From Octopus sinensis (Eukaryota), in assembly GCF_006345805.1 (NCBI RefSeq), contig NC_043012.1:23560001-23624000 (forward strand): 64,000 nucleotides of DNA, read 5' to 3'. Positions 1-12,453 of this stretch are shown one piece after another. The position numbers and the translations under genes were made by a program. Positions within the stretch are counted from its first letter, which is position 1, and every line of letters starts with the position of its first letter. The notes under the pieces are model-generated. The model did not search any database and had not been told where the DNA came from. It worked only from the letters and a program-made list of their open reading frames with translations.

Positions 1-60
1 CATGAATGAATATATATTCATGCATATGTATGTAAACACATAGCTGTCTACCTATCTATC

Positions 61-101
<41 letters not shown>

Positions 102-218
102 TAAATACACACACACACATATATGTATGTACATATATATATGTTATATATATGTCTGTATGTGTATATATGGATATATATCTATATATATAAATGTACA
201 TAGATATATACATATATA

Positions 219-270
<52 letters not shown>

Positions 271-321
271 TGTACCATAATATATACATTATATGTATAT
301 ATATATGTATATATATATACA

Positions 322-718
322 GGCGCAGGAGTGGCTGTGTGGTAAGTAGCTTGCTAACCAAACCACATGGTTCCGGGTTCAGTCCACTGCGTGGCACCTT
401 GGCAAGTGTCTTCTGCTATAGCCCCAGGCCGACCAATGCCTTGTGAGTGGATTTGGTAGACGGAAACTGAAAGAAGCCTGTCGTATATATGTATATATAT
501 GTATATGTATGTATGTGTGTGTTTGTGTGTCTGTGTTTGTACCCCTAGCATTGCTTGACAACCAATGCTGGTGTGTTTACGTCCCCATCACTTAGCGGTT
601 CGGCAAAACAGACCGATAGAATAAGTACTGGGCTTACAAAGAATAAGTCCCGGGGTTGATTTGCTTGACTAAAGGCGGTGCTCCAGCATGGCCGCAGTCA
701 AATGACTGAAACATGTAA
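322..718 (+). mobile_element. tRNA-headed CORE-like SINE (family S1), full length
   Basis: A-box-like GTGGCTGTGTGGTAAG, B-box-like GGTTCAGTCC, CORE-like CACCTTGGCAAGTGTCTT, internal (TA)/(TG) tract, 3' end ...GACTGAAACATGTAAAA; near-identical copies at 14756, 27029 and 38577. Resemblance to octopus OR-type CORE-SINEs is recalled, not searched. Confidence 0.85.
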
Positions 719-732
719 AAAAAAATTTTTTA

Positions 733-915
733 AATATATATACAGGGAGAATTCATGAAAAAAACAAAAGACGATGACAGGTGGTGTAGAAAACAAACAG
801 ATGTATTAGTATAACGCTTGGGAATGAAAAAGTCTTTAGCGTTTCAAGCCTACGCTCTTCCACAGAAAGAAACATGGAGAGAAAAAATATGTGTAGTGGC
901 TAGCAATCTATCATG
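733..915 (-). mobile_element. Short Penelope-like pLTR-derived element with degenerate hammerhead motif (family H-A)
   Basis: Minus strand 870-833: TCTTT CTGTGGA AGAGC gtag GCTT GAAAC GCT AAAGA; homologous to 28290-28450; flanked by (TA)n. Confidence 0.5.
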
Positions 916-934
916 GTGAATATATGTACACATA

Positions 935-984
<50 letters not shown>

Positions 985-1082
985 CATATATAAACATATA
1001 TATATATAATATATATATATACACATATATACATACATATATATATACATACACATCTATATATATATACATATATATATAC

Positions 1083-1117
<35 letters not shown>

Positions 1118-1219
1118 CATATATATATTACATATTATATATACATAATTATACATATAAACACATATATATAATACACAATATATATATTATATAACTA
1201 TATATACATACACATATAC

Positions 1220-2680
1220 ACAGACATGTGGAATGTAACTAGACACCTTAATTTTGAAAAATTTCTGATCTAAGCATCTTAATAGGTTTTCAGCAGTGTA
1301 GGACTTTAATCCTAATTATGCTTTTTCATTCCAGGTGCCAGGATATTAAACATTTGCGAAGAGTAACCATGCCATGCACAAAAAATTCAGCAGAACTGTC
1401 AGATTTTCAAAGAAGTCAAATTGTTGGACAATCTCAGGCTGGTCTTAGCCAGTGAAAAATTGCCGAAAACCTCCAAATTCCTCTTACTACATCTAATAGA
1501 AATATAGTGCAATTTAAAAGCCAAGGAAAAGAATCAACAGGTTCTCATCCCAGCAGACCTGGGCCCTCGGAAAGGAAGCTTCGCTGTTTGAAGAGAATTG
1601 TGGAAAACAAACCCCGTTTGAAGGCTTCTGACATTGCAAAACAGCTAGAAGTTAGTCCAAGAACATGTGTTACATATCTGCATAAGCTTGGGTATTATGG
1701 ACGAGCAGCCAGAAGGAAACCTCTCCTTCAACCAATTAATACCATGGAAAGAAAGAAATGAGCTGAGGAGATGTCAGAAAAATCCAGTTCATTTTGGGAT
1801 AGAGTGATTTTCTCAGATGAATCCAGATTTGCACTATTTTGAGACAGTGGACATGTTTGAGTCTGGAGGCTTCCCAATCAAGAATTTGATTTGAAATGAC
1901 TCCAGCTAACTGTGAAACATGGCAGTATCTCTGTAATGGTATCAGGAGCTGATTGAATATTTTGGAACCATACACTCTGAAAAATACATCAAAATACTTA
2001 AGCTGGGTCTATTTCCGATGTATTCACACGAAAACATAATGAAAAATGAGTTTTTATTCATGGAAGATGGGGCTCCATGCTACACAGCGAAATGGAATCA
2101 ACAATGGCTGACTGAAAATGGGATCAAAATGTTTCCTTGGCCGAGCCAATCTCCTGACATGAATCCAATTGAAAATCGTTGGAGCATACAAGAGAGAGCT
2201 ATACCAAAAACTCGACAGAAACATGAATCTAACGATGAATTGTTTTGAGTGTAGCATGGAAAGTGGGCAGAAATTCCACAAGAGACAATCACAAAGCTCA
2301 TCAGTTCAATGCCAAAAAGACTTTCTGAATTAAAAACTGCAAAGGGCCTAACGTTTACCATAAAACATGACTTCAGCTGTGCTTCGAAGAACTTAATCTA
2401 TGTTCTTAAATGTGGAGGTTGTGGTGGAGACTAAACAGGTCAACAAGCTTAACTTTGCGGGATAGACTTACAGTGCACAGACTACAAATCTGGAACCCCA
2501 CCTCTAGTTGTGTATTAATTAACTTCCAGGAAGTATTACAGACGTTTACAGCTTCATTGATGGCATGGATCTGTAGGCTTCACATCAGGTTTTTCCTTTC
2601 TAGTTTTGAAAAGCTGAAGTTCTCAAGATTTCGTGCTTAGGCAGTGTTACATACCCTAGTGCCCTAATAATTACATGCAT
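1220..2680 (+). mobile_element. Tc1-family DNA transposon, decayed; ends approximate
   Basis: Contains the transposase pseudogene and lies between TA-rich tracts. Only weak terminal similarity (CATGTGGAATGTAACTAGACAC vs revcomp CATGTAATTATTAGGGCAC), so TIRs are not firmly defined. Confidence 0.7.
1369..2364 (+). pseudogene. Tc1 (DD34E) transposase pseudogene
   Basis: ATG at 1369 (MPCTKNSAELSDFQRSQIVG), HTH region, AARRKPLL, VIFSDESRF (D1), FMEDGAPC (D2), PWPSQSPDMNPIEN (E, 34 residues after D2); several in-frame stops and frameshifts. Confidence 0.92.
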
Positions 2681-2729
2681 ACACACACACACATATATAT
2701 ATTTACATATATATATGTATGTTTGCATG

Positions 2730-2772
<43 letters not shown>

Positions 2773-3320
2773 TGGAAGTAGATCTTCAATGAACAGAAGA
2801 GGATATTCCATGATTTTTGCAACTACGTGAATAAATGGTGATGAAGACAGAACAGAGGAGGAAAATTAAGATGAGATTGATAGATTATAAGTAAATATGA
2901 GTGAGAAATGTCTTATGATGATGATGATAACGATTATGATGATTATGAGGATGATGATGATGACTATACCGAAATGAAGATCAAAAACAAGAAACAAATA
3001 AGAAATGTGAACTAAACTAACCAACTGGGGTATAATGTTACCAGCACGACTGTAGTTATCAAGAACATCAACAACAATAATAATGGATAAAAAACTAAAT
3101 GAAAATAGCTAAATAAAGAAATTTATCGTAATTCTTACATCTCATGATCATGGCCTCTTTATTAATACAAAAACTGAATATATATATTTATACATACATA
3201 CATATATATATGCATACACATGTATTATATACATGTATGTATATACGTATATATGCACATGTATATATATACAAATATATATATACATATATATGTATAT
3301 ATACATATACACACACATAT

Positions 3321-3358
<38 letters not shown>

Positions 3359-3435
3359 GTGGTTTAAAGAATAACAAGGTATGTATTTATTAAAAGCATC
3401 CATATGACATTTTTATTATTCTGCCATCATTATTA

Positions 3436-3495
<60 letters not shown>

Positions 3496-3916
3496 TAGCA
3501 TATTTTTTATTTTTTGTTGGGAGAGAGATTGGTCCAGAAAGTAACTGCTCTCGTGAGACTTGTTTATACTATATGGGTATGAATATATTACCAATTACGA
3601 AAATTAGACCCAGAGTTCTTTTAGTTGAAAGCAATTAAACCATTTTAAGGTACAAAACTTATTGTGTTTCATGTTCAGAGCAAAAAAAAAAAAGAAAAGA
3701 AAAGAAAAAAGAGAAAAAAACTATAAAGATTAAAATAAAAAAATACAGTCTAGTATTGTTATGGTAACATTTTTTAAGTAATCGTTTGTTGCACAAAAGC
3801 TATTTTCATGACACACACAAATGTGTGTCTGTATGGTAAATATATGTGTATTGTGAGAGCGTATTGTGCATATATCTATATATATATATATATTTGTATA
3901 TATATATATATATATT

Positions 3917-3950
<34 letters not shown>

Positions 3951-3952
<2 letters not shown>

Positions 3953-4063
3953 GTAGATATATGTATATATGTGTATATATCAATATATATTTGTAAAATA
4001 TATATATATATATATAATGTAGATATATGTATATATGTGTATATATCAATATATATTTGTAAA

Positions 4064-4082
<19 letters not shown>
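3951..4082. repeat. 66-bp tandem duplication within a TA-rich tract
   Basis: ATGTAGATATATGTATATATGTGTATATATCAATATATATTTGTAAAATA... at 3951 and 4017. Confidence 0.85.
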
Positions 4083-4096
<14 letters not shown>

Positions 4097-4908
4097 ATAT
4101 GCTGTGTGCATATACACACAAGCACACAAACACTCACACATATGCACACAAATAGATGAAACTTCTGGAAAATAAGGCAGAAGAGTAACAGTCCAAATGC
4201 CCAGTTGATGATAACAACAACAATCAAATGTCTTGCAAAAATGGTTCTTTTGACAAGTTGTAGAATATGACCAGAAAAATTCCATCTGTTGACAATCAGA
4301 AGATATTTTTCTGAGAGATGATTGTAAAGTACAGACTGGCATTTGCTATTATAGATGGGAAGAAATAAAGAAAAATGGGGAAAAAATAATCCCCTAAACA
4401 CAAAACAAAGATAATGAATGAGAGATGGTATAAATGCAAGTAACTGTATGAATTAAGAGACAAAGCAGAAATAGCAGAGACTAACTTGTGTGTGCGTGCG
4501 TGTGTGCATATATATATATATATAATATATATATATATATATTATATATATATATATATGGGTGTGTTTTATGTGTGCATGTGAGAGAGACAGAGAGAGA
4601 GAGAGATGGAAAAAGAGGGATGAAATAAAAACTTATCAATAGAAACATTGCAGCAATAGACAAAAACGAAGATTAAAGGCAAAAAAAAACATACAAGAAT
4701 AAATTCCAGAGATAGCAACAACAACAACAACATGACAAGACTCCACTCCCACTGCCAACAATGATAGGAGTACAACCAACATCACCAGCAACAACAATAT
4801 CATGAAGATCATTAGTTTCCACCAACACAACCTCCAACTAAATCCCTGCCTCCAAATTTTTGGCTGTGCATGAAAGCTAGAACCAAGTATTTATATTATT
4901 TTTATTAT

Positions 4909-5140
4909 GGTGAGGCAGGAGCAAGCTGCCAGAATTGTCAGCTCTGTAGACAAAATGTTTAGTTGCATTCATCTGACTTTACATTCTGATTTCAAATTCT
5001 GCCAAGGTTAACTTGGTCTTTCGTCCTTTCGGGGCGCGATAAAATAAGTGCCAGATGATCCCTCAAGTTGATGTAACAACTTACTCGGCTCCTGAAAGCT
5101 CCTGGTCTGGAGCCAAAATTTTAAACCAATATTACTCTTA
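4909..5140 (+). mobile_element. tRNA-headed SINE with Deu/Nin-like central domain (family S2), diverged
   Basis: GATTTCAAATTCTGCCAAGGTTAACTTGGTCTTTCGTCCTTTCGGGGCGCGATAAAATAAGTGCC matches the S2 core at 11841 and 45658. Confidence 0.7.
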
Positions 5141-5499
5141 TTATTAGCTGGTAGCGATTTTCTTCACTATTTCAGTGAGTGACGGCCCTGCCTCACATGA
5201 GTCCCAGGCTCAGCTGGCTCTGACTGACAGTACCCGGTATGGGCCCCTATCCAGTGTTACGGAAAGGAGACAACCTTCAAAGAAATCCGGAGTGGAGCCC
5301 TGTTCAACTCGACACTTCCAGCAGCTCCTGCAACCAAGCTGGTGCCAAACGTAATGCTCTGCACTCCTTTGGACTATGTCAGCAAGGTCGAGAGAGGAAT
5401 CCTGATGACTGGGCTACCCAGAATTTTCTTACAACTAGCCCAGGCCTGCAGAATACTTATGCGCCACTCCATTGTCTCCCGAGACAAAAAGATGCCAAC

Positions 5500-5935
5500 A
5501 ATTAGCTGCTGGTAGACTCCTTAACATATTAAGCAAACTGCTTAGCATCTTTCCCTCGTTACAAACAGAGTTTCACTTAGCCTTTCATCTTTTTTGTGGT
5601 TGACAAAATAAATACCAGTTGAGCTCTGTGGTCAATGCAGCTGATCAGACCCTTCTGGTCAAATTTCAGGCTGTGTGCCTGTAGCAGGAAAAATTGGTAT
5701 TAACAGACAAAATCATCAGCATATCAAACAAAATGCTCAGACGCATTTTTTGCCAGCTCTGCATTCTGAGTTCAAATGCTAACAAGGTTGACTTTGCCTT
5801 TCATCCTTTTGGGGTTGATAAATCAAATACCAGTGAAACACTGGGATTAACAGAGTCAACTAGTGCCCTCCCTACAAAATTTCAGGCCTTGTGCCTTTAG
5901 TAGAAAGGGTTATTATTATTATTATTATTATTATT
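5500..5935 (+). mobile_element. Two tandem diverged S2 SINE copies ending in an (ATT)n tail
   Basis: Cores TTAGCCTTTCATCTTTTTTGTGGTTGACAAAAT and GTTGACTTTGCCTTTCATCCTTTTGGGGTTGATAAA; tail GTAGAAAGGGTTATTATT. Confidence 0.7.
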
Positions 5936-6240
5936 CATTTAACGTCTGTTTTCCATGCTAACATGGGTTGGACGGTTTTGACTGAGGGCTGGCAACCAGA
6001 TGGCTGCACCAGGCTCCAGTCTTGATCTGGCAGAGTTTCTACAGCTGGATGCCCTTCCTAACGCCAACCACTCCGAGAGTGTAGTGGGTGCTTTTTACGT
6101 GGCCCCTGCATGGGGGCCAGTCAGGCAGTACTGGCAATGACCCTGCTTGAATCTTTTTACACGTGCTACTGACACAGGTGCCAGTGAAGCGATGTTGGTA
6201 ACGATCACGCTCGAATGGTGCCCTTTTACGTGCCACCATA
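5935..6240 (-). mobile_element. (GAT)n-tailed retroposon 3' segment (family S3; probable RTE 3' UTR or partner SINE)
   Basis: Revcomp has TTGGCGTTAGGAAGGGCATCCAGCTGTAGAAAC, ends GCATGGAAAACAGACGTTAAATG and carries internal GGCACGTAAAAAGCAC repeats; many copies in window. Confidence 0.8.
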
Positions 6241-7638
6241 GGGCAAAATGCTTAGTGACATTTCTTCTGTTTGTATAATCTGAGTTCAAATTCCGCTGTG
6301 GTCAACCTCGCCTGTCATCCTTTTGGGGTTGATAAAAGAAGTACTAGTTAAAAATTGGTGTTGAGGTAATTGACCTGTTTATTCCTTTGTTGTTCTAATT
6401 TCTTATTGCCACTCTATATTCAACTGATGCTTAGTGTTGAAAGATGATCTCACCAGTCTTGTCATAAAAAAAGCACCGGTACCCAGTTCACTCTGTAAAT
6501 TGGTTGTCATTAGCAGCAATGCCAAAACTGAGACATTGGTGCAAGATGGCTTGCGCAATGTTGGATTAACCATTAAGCAAAATAAGCGCATGCTTAGGAC
6601 ACCAAAATAAGCGGGAAAGGAACTACAGAAATGGTAAATGGTTAATAGCACAAAATAAATTGTTTGTTGAAATAATATTTGGGATGCCTTATCTCTTCTA
6701 AGTATAGAAGTAGATGTGTTATGGAAGATTTTGAGGATTTGATCAAAGACTTCACAATTAAAAAAAGGAGGAAAAAAACTTTTCAAATACATATTAAATG
6801 GTAGTCTACAAGAATAAGCATAATGTTCCATCTTATTGTTAGCTTTGTTTCATTTTGAAAACTAAAAATTTACTCTATGGTTTATTCGAGTTCATATTTT
6901 GAATTCCATATATATGGGGACACGGAAATCTTTTAAATGCTTAGGACTTCTTTGGGTTTCACTGTGGCCCTGATCCTTCTGAATCATCCAGCCTGTGGCT
7001 CTAGGGAAACTGGTCATAAGAGGATGATGATGATGATGATGATACATGCACGCATGTATGTATATGTATGATGAGCTTCTGCACAGTTTCAGCCTCCTGA
7101 TGTCCACTTAGAAGGAACTGGTAAACTTGGTGCTATTATAGAAGATATTCACAGAATGTGTTGTAGAGCAGAATCAAATTTGGAACCAAGTGGTTATGAA
7201 ACAAACTTCTTAGCTAAGCTACATGGCCATACCTGTACCTAGACAAACAGATACACTTACTGAAGAATTCTCTCTCTACAAACTCTGCTTACTAGAAGTC
7301 TTGAACTTGTTGCTTATATTAAACCTTAGGCTTTCCACAGCAAATCTATGACTTTATTTCCTTTTTGTTTTATGATCTGTTTTTTTTTCATTTTCCTTCC
7401 CTCTGTTCCCTTAGAATGACCAACAATGGATCCATAAACTGCCCTAAGAAGACAGATTTTAATGAGAACACTGCACAAAAGAGTCCAGTTAGAGAAAGGG
7501 GAAGGATAAATATTATTAGTAAATATCATGTAAACATAAAAACAAAGAATATAAAGAAATTCATGATTCTATTCAAGACCCTCAGCAGACAGAGAGAATT
7601 ATATTAAGGAGCATCAAAACACAAAACAAAAACTTCAC

Positions 7639-7686
<48 letters not shown>

Positions 7687-8429
7687 ATAGATAGATATAG
7701 ATACACACACACACAAATATACATGCATACACACATACATACGCATGAACCAAAATTATTTTGGAGGAAAATTCTATATACTTACTTAAAAGACAAAAAA
7801 AAAAAAGGCACCACAAATTTTGAAGAAAGAAATCTATGAAAGACTGGTAAATAATAATAAAACAAAATACTCTGAAAAACTAAACAAAATGACACCTTTG
7901 GCATTGGAAGAAAGAATTCAACTACAGGGATGTAAGATGGAAGCAAACAAATGGATAAGTAAATAAATAAATATTGAAAGGATCACAGAGCAATCTTTAT
8001 CAACGAAGGCTAGAGAAGATATGTGTATGTGTGTGTATTTCTATATACAGAGATAGTGAATGAGAGGTAGACTGTTTAGCATTTTATGAAGTAAAGATTG
8101 GTAATTCTTATTAGAGGAATACATACAGAATCAATAATTGAAGTTGCTGTTGTTGTTGTGGCAGTGGTGGTGATGGAGGTGGCAGAGAGGAAAGATGAAA
8201 ACAAAATAATTCAAAAAGCAGTAACAAAAAACAAAAAAATAAAAAAATAGAAAAAAAACACAAAGAAAAGGAAAAACCCCATAGAACATGAAAGACAAAA
8301 AAGAAAACCAACCCCATTCCCAACAAATAGTGATTGACCAGATGAAACAGCTTAAACAATAGTCTTTTAATTTCCAAAGATTTCCATGACAAATCTAAAT
8401 ATGTTTACATATTCTGAATTTAGCCATTT

Positions 8430-8720
8430 ATATGCTGAGTGTTGTTTTCCACAATTATCATCAACTGGTTTCTGTATCAGACAGAAATATTCATAACTTT
8501 GGTACAAAAGAGAAGATGAATATGAACTCATCTTCTCTAAGAGCTGACAAAAATTCTAGTAAAAGATTAAGATACAGATCTTGAAATTGTTGGGTTTCTG
8601 CTTAGTATTGAACTCTTTCCTGAGAATAATATTTTCTGGCATTTCCATTGGTTAGGAAGACGAATATTCTTTGGAACAGTTGATTCAGGAAATTGACATA
8701 GAAGGGGTTGGACACTCCAC
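8430..8720 (-). pseudogene. Highly decayed LINE RT fragment (domains 0-2), clade uncertain
   Basis: Frame-shifted reading PLLCQF...LPNQWK...PNNFKICIL...NFCQLLEKM...GKQHS resembles the LFNxS..PxxWK..NYRPISL..KLLEK..GFR pattern; by eye only. Confidence 0.4.
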
Positions 8721-9321
8721 AGACATGCATACTCTTCATGGAGTTTTCAGAGACACTCAACATGGCAGACTGAATGTGACTGTCATGGTATGTGGCTGGT
8801 ACAACTCATTTTTGCCAGCTGGAAGGATTGGAGCAACATGAAATAAAGTGTCTTGCTCAAGGACAGAATGATCCACCAGGTACATTACAATTATGAGCTG
8901 AGTACCCTAACTGCTAAATATTGCAATTAATTCTGCAATTGCTTTTAGTGGTTTATTAAAATAAGTTAAGGAAGAAAATTGGAAGGTTTTGTAAGTAGTT
9001 TTTACAAGCAGGGTTTTGCAAAACTTCTACGAACTGCAAGATTATGGATGCAAGAATGGCCGGGTGGTTAAGAAGCTCGTTTTGCATGCGTCTAAGTTTG
9101 GGCACAATGCCACTGCATAGCATCTTTGGCAACCATCTTTTACAAACACCTAGAATTTCACCAAGACCTTCAGAGTGAAATTTGAGGGACAGAAACTGTA
9201 TAACTGCCCATCATGTATGTGTCTGTGTATAAATGTGTGTTTGTGTGTGAGTGTATATATATGACAGAATGAGATTAAAAAATCCAAGGCTGTAACTAGT
9301 TTTCAGAAAAATTTAGAAAAT

Positions 9322-9369
9322 GTTTTACAGCTGTTTCCAATATATTTAATGTATCGCTTCATCAGAGAC
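9322..9369 (-). ncRNA. Minimal type I hammerhead ribozyme motif
   Basis: GTCT CTGATGA AG CGATACAT taa ATATATTG GAAAC AGCT GTA AAAC: intact CUGAUGA/GAAA core, palindromic helix III (ACAGCUGU), GUA cleavage triplet, imperfect helices I and II. Confidence 0.65.
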
Positions 9370-9589
9370 GGTGAGAGAAAATGCTTGAGTATTAATTATT
9401 GTAGAGAAGATATGAAACGCAGAGGGAAGTAAGAGAATGAAAATACAAGTGAGATATGTATGGATATTGTATTTTCAGTTCCATTATTCAAGTAGGATAG
9501 TGTATATAAGTGGTGAAGAAGTTTCGTGTATCTGGTGTGTGAGTTCCAATGGTAGTGAAGAATATTGTGTATATATATGTATATATAAG

Positions 9590-9790
9590 TGACCACGTGT
9601 GTACCGTTGGCGATTTGTTTTCCTCTGTCTTCCCTTCTCTGGATCTTTCTTTCTCCTATGTTTCCGACGAAGAGCTCCGCTCGAAACATTAAACCCTCCT
9701 TCTTTCCTTCTTTCCTGAGCGTCCAATAATACAATATTTGTTCCACGTCCTCGCGTTGTTGTGTTTTTTTGTGCTTTCTTGTTTGGATTA

Positions 9791-9800
<10 letters not shown>
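9590..9800 (+). mobile_element. Short pLTR-like element carrying a hammerhead-like motif at 9660-9694
   Basis: GTTT CCGACGA A GAGC tcc GCTC GAAAC ATT AAAC; downstream CCTGAGCGTCCAATAATAC resembles H-A copies; ends in (TA)n. Confidence 0.55.
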
Positions 9801-9830
<30 letters not shown>

Positions 9831-10018
9831 CATACATATAAACATGGAATTTAAAGTCTTTGGATTTTAAGTGTGTCAAAACTATACTTGAGTATGGTGA
9901 GCAAGGCTGATGAGAGGATTTTATACTTATTTCTCTGTTTCTGTTAATTGTTTCCATGTCTCACATTGATTTCTCATACATATATATATATATGTCTGTG
10001 AGTGTTTGTGTATATGTT

Positions 10019-10059
<41 letters not shown>

Positions 10060-10249
10060 TTCTCTATATGTATGTGTGTGTGTGTGTGTGTATATGTGAA
10101 ATTTTCAATCAATAACTAGCAAAAAATACATAAAGACAACACAGAAAAAATAATTATTTTTTCAATTCATCTTACACCTCACTGTAATAAAGAAGTCCTC
10201 CAGACAAAATCAAATGTTATTTCCCATGATGCATCTCATGAAGAGTGTG

Positions 10250-10295
<46 letters not shown>

Positions 10296-10892
10296 TGTGT
10301 TTTGGGGGTAACATTAATTAAGGAACGCAAAAATTATAAATAGAGAAAATACTGATATATTTTATCTGTTTGAAAGAATCTCCCCTTTAATACAAATGAT
10401 ACTAAATGATAAAAATATAATGGAATATATTTACATTTTATATATTTTTCACACTTATATGGAGTTTGCTGATCTGATTCTAATTTCTACACCAAAAACA
10501 ATAGTAATAATAATTTTGAATACAAAAAAATACTGCTATATCAAAGAGAGATGATGATGCTATGCTTAAGAAGCCAAACAAGTTGGCTGAAATATATTTC
10601 TGTTTTGTTTCCATCAATGATGAGAAGACTTACACATACAGAAATTAAAACAAACTAAAATATATATATATATAATATACATGTGTGTGTGTGTGTGTGT
10701 GTGCATGTATGCCTGTGTGTGTGCATGTCTGTGTGTGTGCACACACACAAACAAACAAATGCATAGATATATATTCACACATGAATATACATATATATCA
10801 AGATAACATACATTATGCAACTATATCCAGATATACATATATGTACTCACACACGCACACATATACATAGACACTCATACACACATATATAT

Positions 10893-11128
10893 ATCATCAT
10901 CATCATCATTGTTTAATGACCACTTTCCATGTTAGCTTAGGTTGAGCAGTTTGACTGAAGGCTGCACCAGGCTCCAATCTGGTCTGGCAGAGTTTCTACA
11001 GCTGGATGCCCTTCCTAACGCCAACCACTCAGAGAGTGCAGTGGGTGCTTTTTATGTGCCACCAGCACAAGGGCCAGTCAGGTAGTACTGGCATCAACCA
11101 TGCTTGAATGGCACTTTTTACATGCCAC
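10893..11128 (-). mobile_element. S3 copy
   Basis: (CAT)n followed by GTTTAATGACCACTTTCCATG...CTGGATGCCCTTCCTAACGCCAACCAC. Confidence 0.8.
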
Positions 11129-11142
11129 ATACATATATATAC

Positions 11143-11225
11143 ATACATATATCTATATAATTACACACACATATATATATACCCATACATATATCTATAT
11201 AATTACACACACATATATATATACC

Positions 11226-11230
<5 letters not shown>
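11143..11230. repeat. 42-bp tandem duplication in a TA/CA tract
   Basis: ATCTATATAATTACACACACATATATATATACCC at 11151 and 11193. Confidence 0.8.
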
Positions 11231-11261
<31 letters not shown>

Positions 11262-11755
11262 CATACATACATACAGCTACATGTGCACATATATATATAT
11301 ATGCGGAAGGATCATTTAACAGCAGTGCATAAGCATGGCTGCAGCTCTGAGCTGGAACTAAAAAAAAAAATTTAAAAAAGATATATGTGTATATATGGAT
11401 ATAGTGTACATATACACTATACATAAATATACATGTATATTCACATATGCATACGCATGCAAACACACACACACATGTATATATTAAGATCATCATTCTT
11501 TTAATGCCTATTTTTCCATACTTGCATGGATGATAAGGTACTGTAATTTAGAAACCGCTAAAAGTTAGGGAAATATAAAATTAATCACATATTCATACAT
11601 GCAAAAAACAAGATTCCTTCTGTCTCCATCTACCAAATCCACTCTAAAGGCTTTGGATTGCCTCAAACTATAGATAAAGTCACTTGCCCCAGGTGGCATG
11701 AAGTAGGATTGAAACCAAAACCATGCAGTTGGGAAGTGAATAGCTCACTCATAAA

Positions 11756-11803
<48 letters not shown>

Positions 11804-11806
11804 ATA

Positions 11807-11840
<34 letters not shown>

Positions 11841-12072
11841 AGGGCGGCGAGATGGCAGAAACGTTAGCACGCCGGGCAAAATGCGTAGCCGTATTTCGTC
11901 TCCCGTTAAGTGTTCTGAGTTCAAATTCCGCCAAGGTCGACTTTGCCTTTCATCCTTTCGGGGTCGATAAATTAAGTACGAGTTACGCACTGGGGTCAAT
12001 GTGATCGATTTAATCCCTTTGTCTGTCCTTGTTTGTCCCCTCTATGTTTAGCCCCTTGTGGGTAATAAAGAA

Positions 12073-12075
<3 letters not shown>
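11841..12075 (+). mobile_element. S2 SINE, young left monomer
   Basis: GGCGGCGAGATGGCAGAAACGTTAGC (A box), GAGTTCAAATTCC (B box), GTCGACTTTGCCTTTCATCCTTTCGGGGTCGATAAATTAAGTAC, ends AATAAAGAAATA; inserted in (TA)n. Confidence 0.85.
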
Positions 12076-12117
<42 letters not shown>

Positions 12118-12372
12118 AATATATATATGATGTATGTCTGTGCGCGTATGTATGTGTGTATATATAATTAAGTCAAATCAAATATTAATGTTGAACATTA
12201 ATGATTGAACATTAAAAATAACAATAGCAAGAAGAGGACATAAATATATGGAATGTATTAGTTTAATGTTCAGGAAAGGTGGGAAGATGAGTGGGTTCTT
12301 ATTGCTTTGTGCATAGCTCTTTGTCAGAAATGAAAATGGAAAAGTCCAGTGAAGGAAAAATTTCCCAAACAG

Positions 12373-12407
<35 letters not shown>

Positions 12408-12421
12408 TGATGATATATATA

Positions 12422-12453
<32 letters not shown>

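Noticed and set aside
322-400. SINE heads as tRNA genes
   Set aside because: A and B boxes are present but I see no complete cloverleaf, and each head continues into a repeat body.
5402-5430. CTGATGA-CTGGG-CTA-CCCAG-AAT as a hammerhead
   Set aside because: No GAAA, helix III or NUH site follows; it is a simple hairpin.
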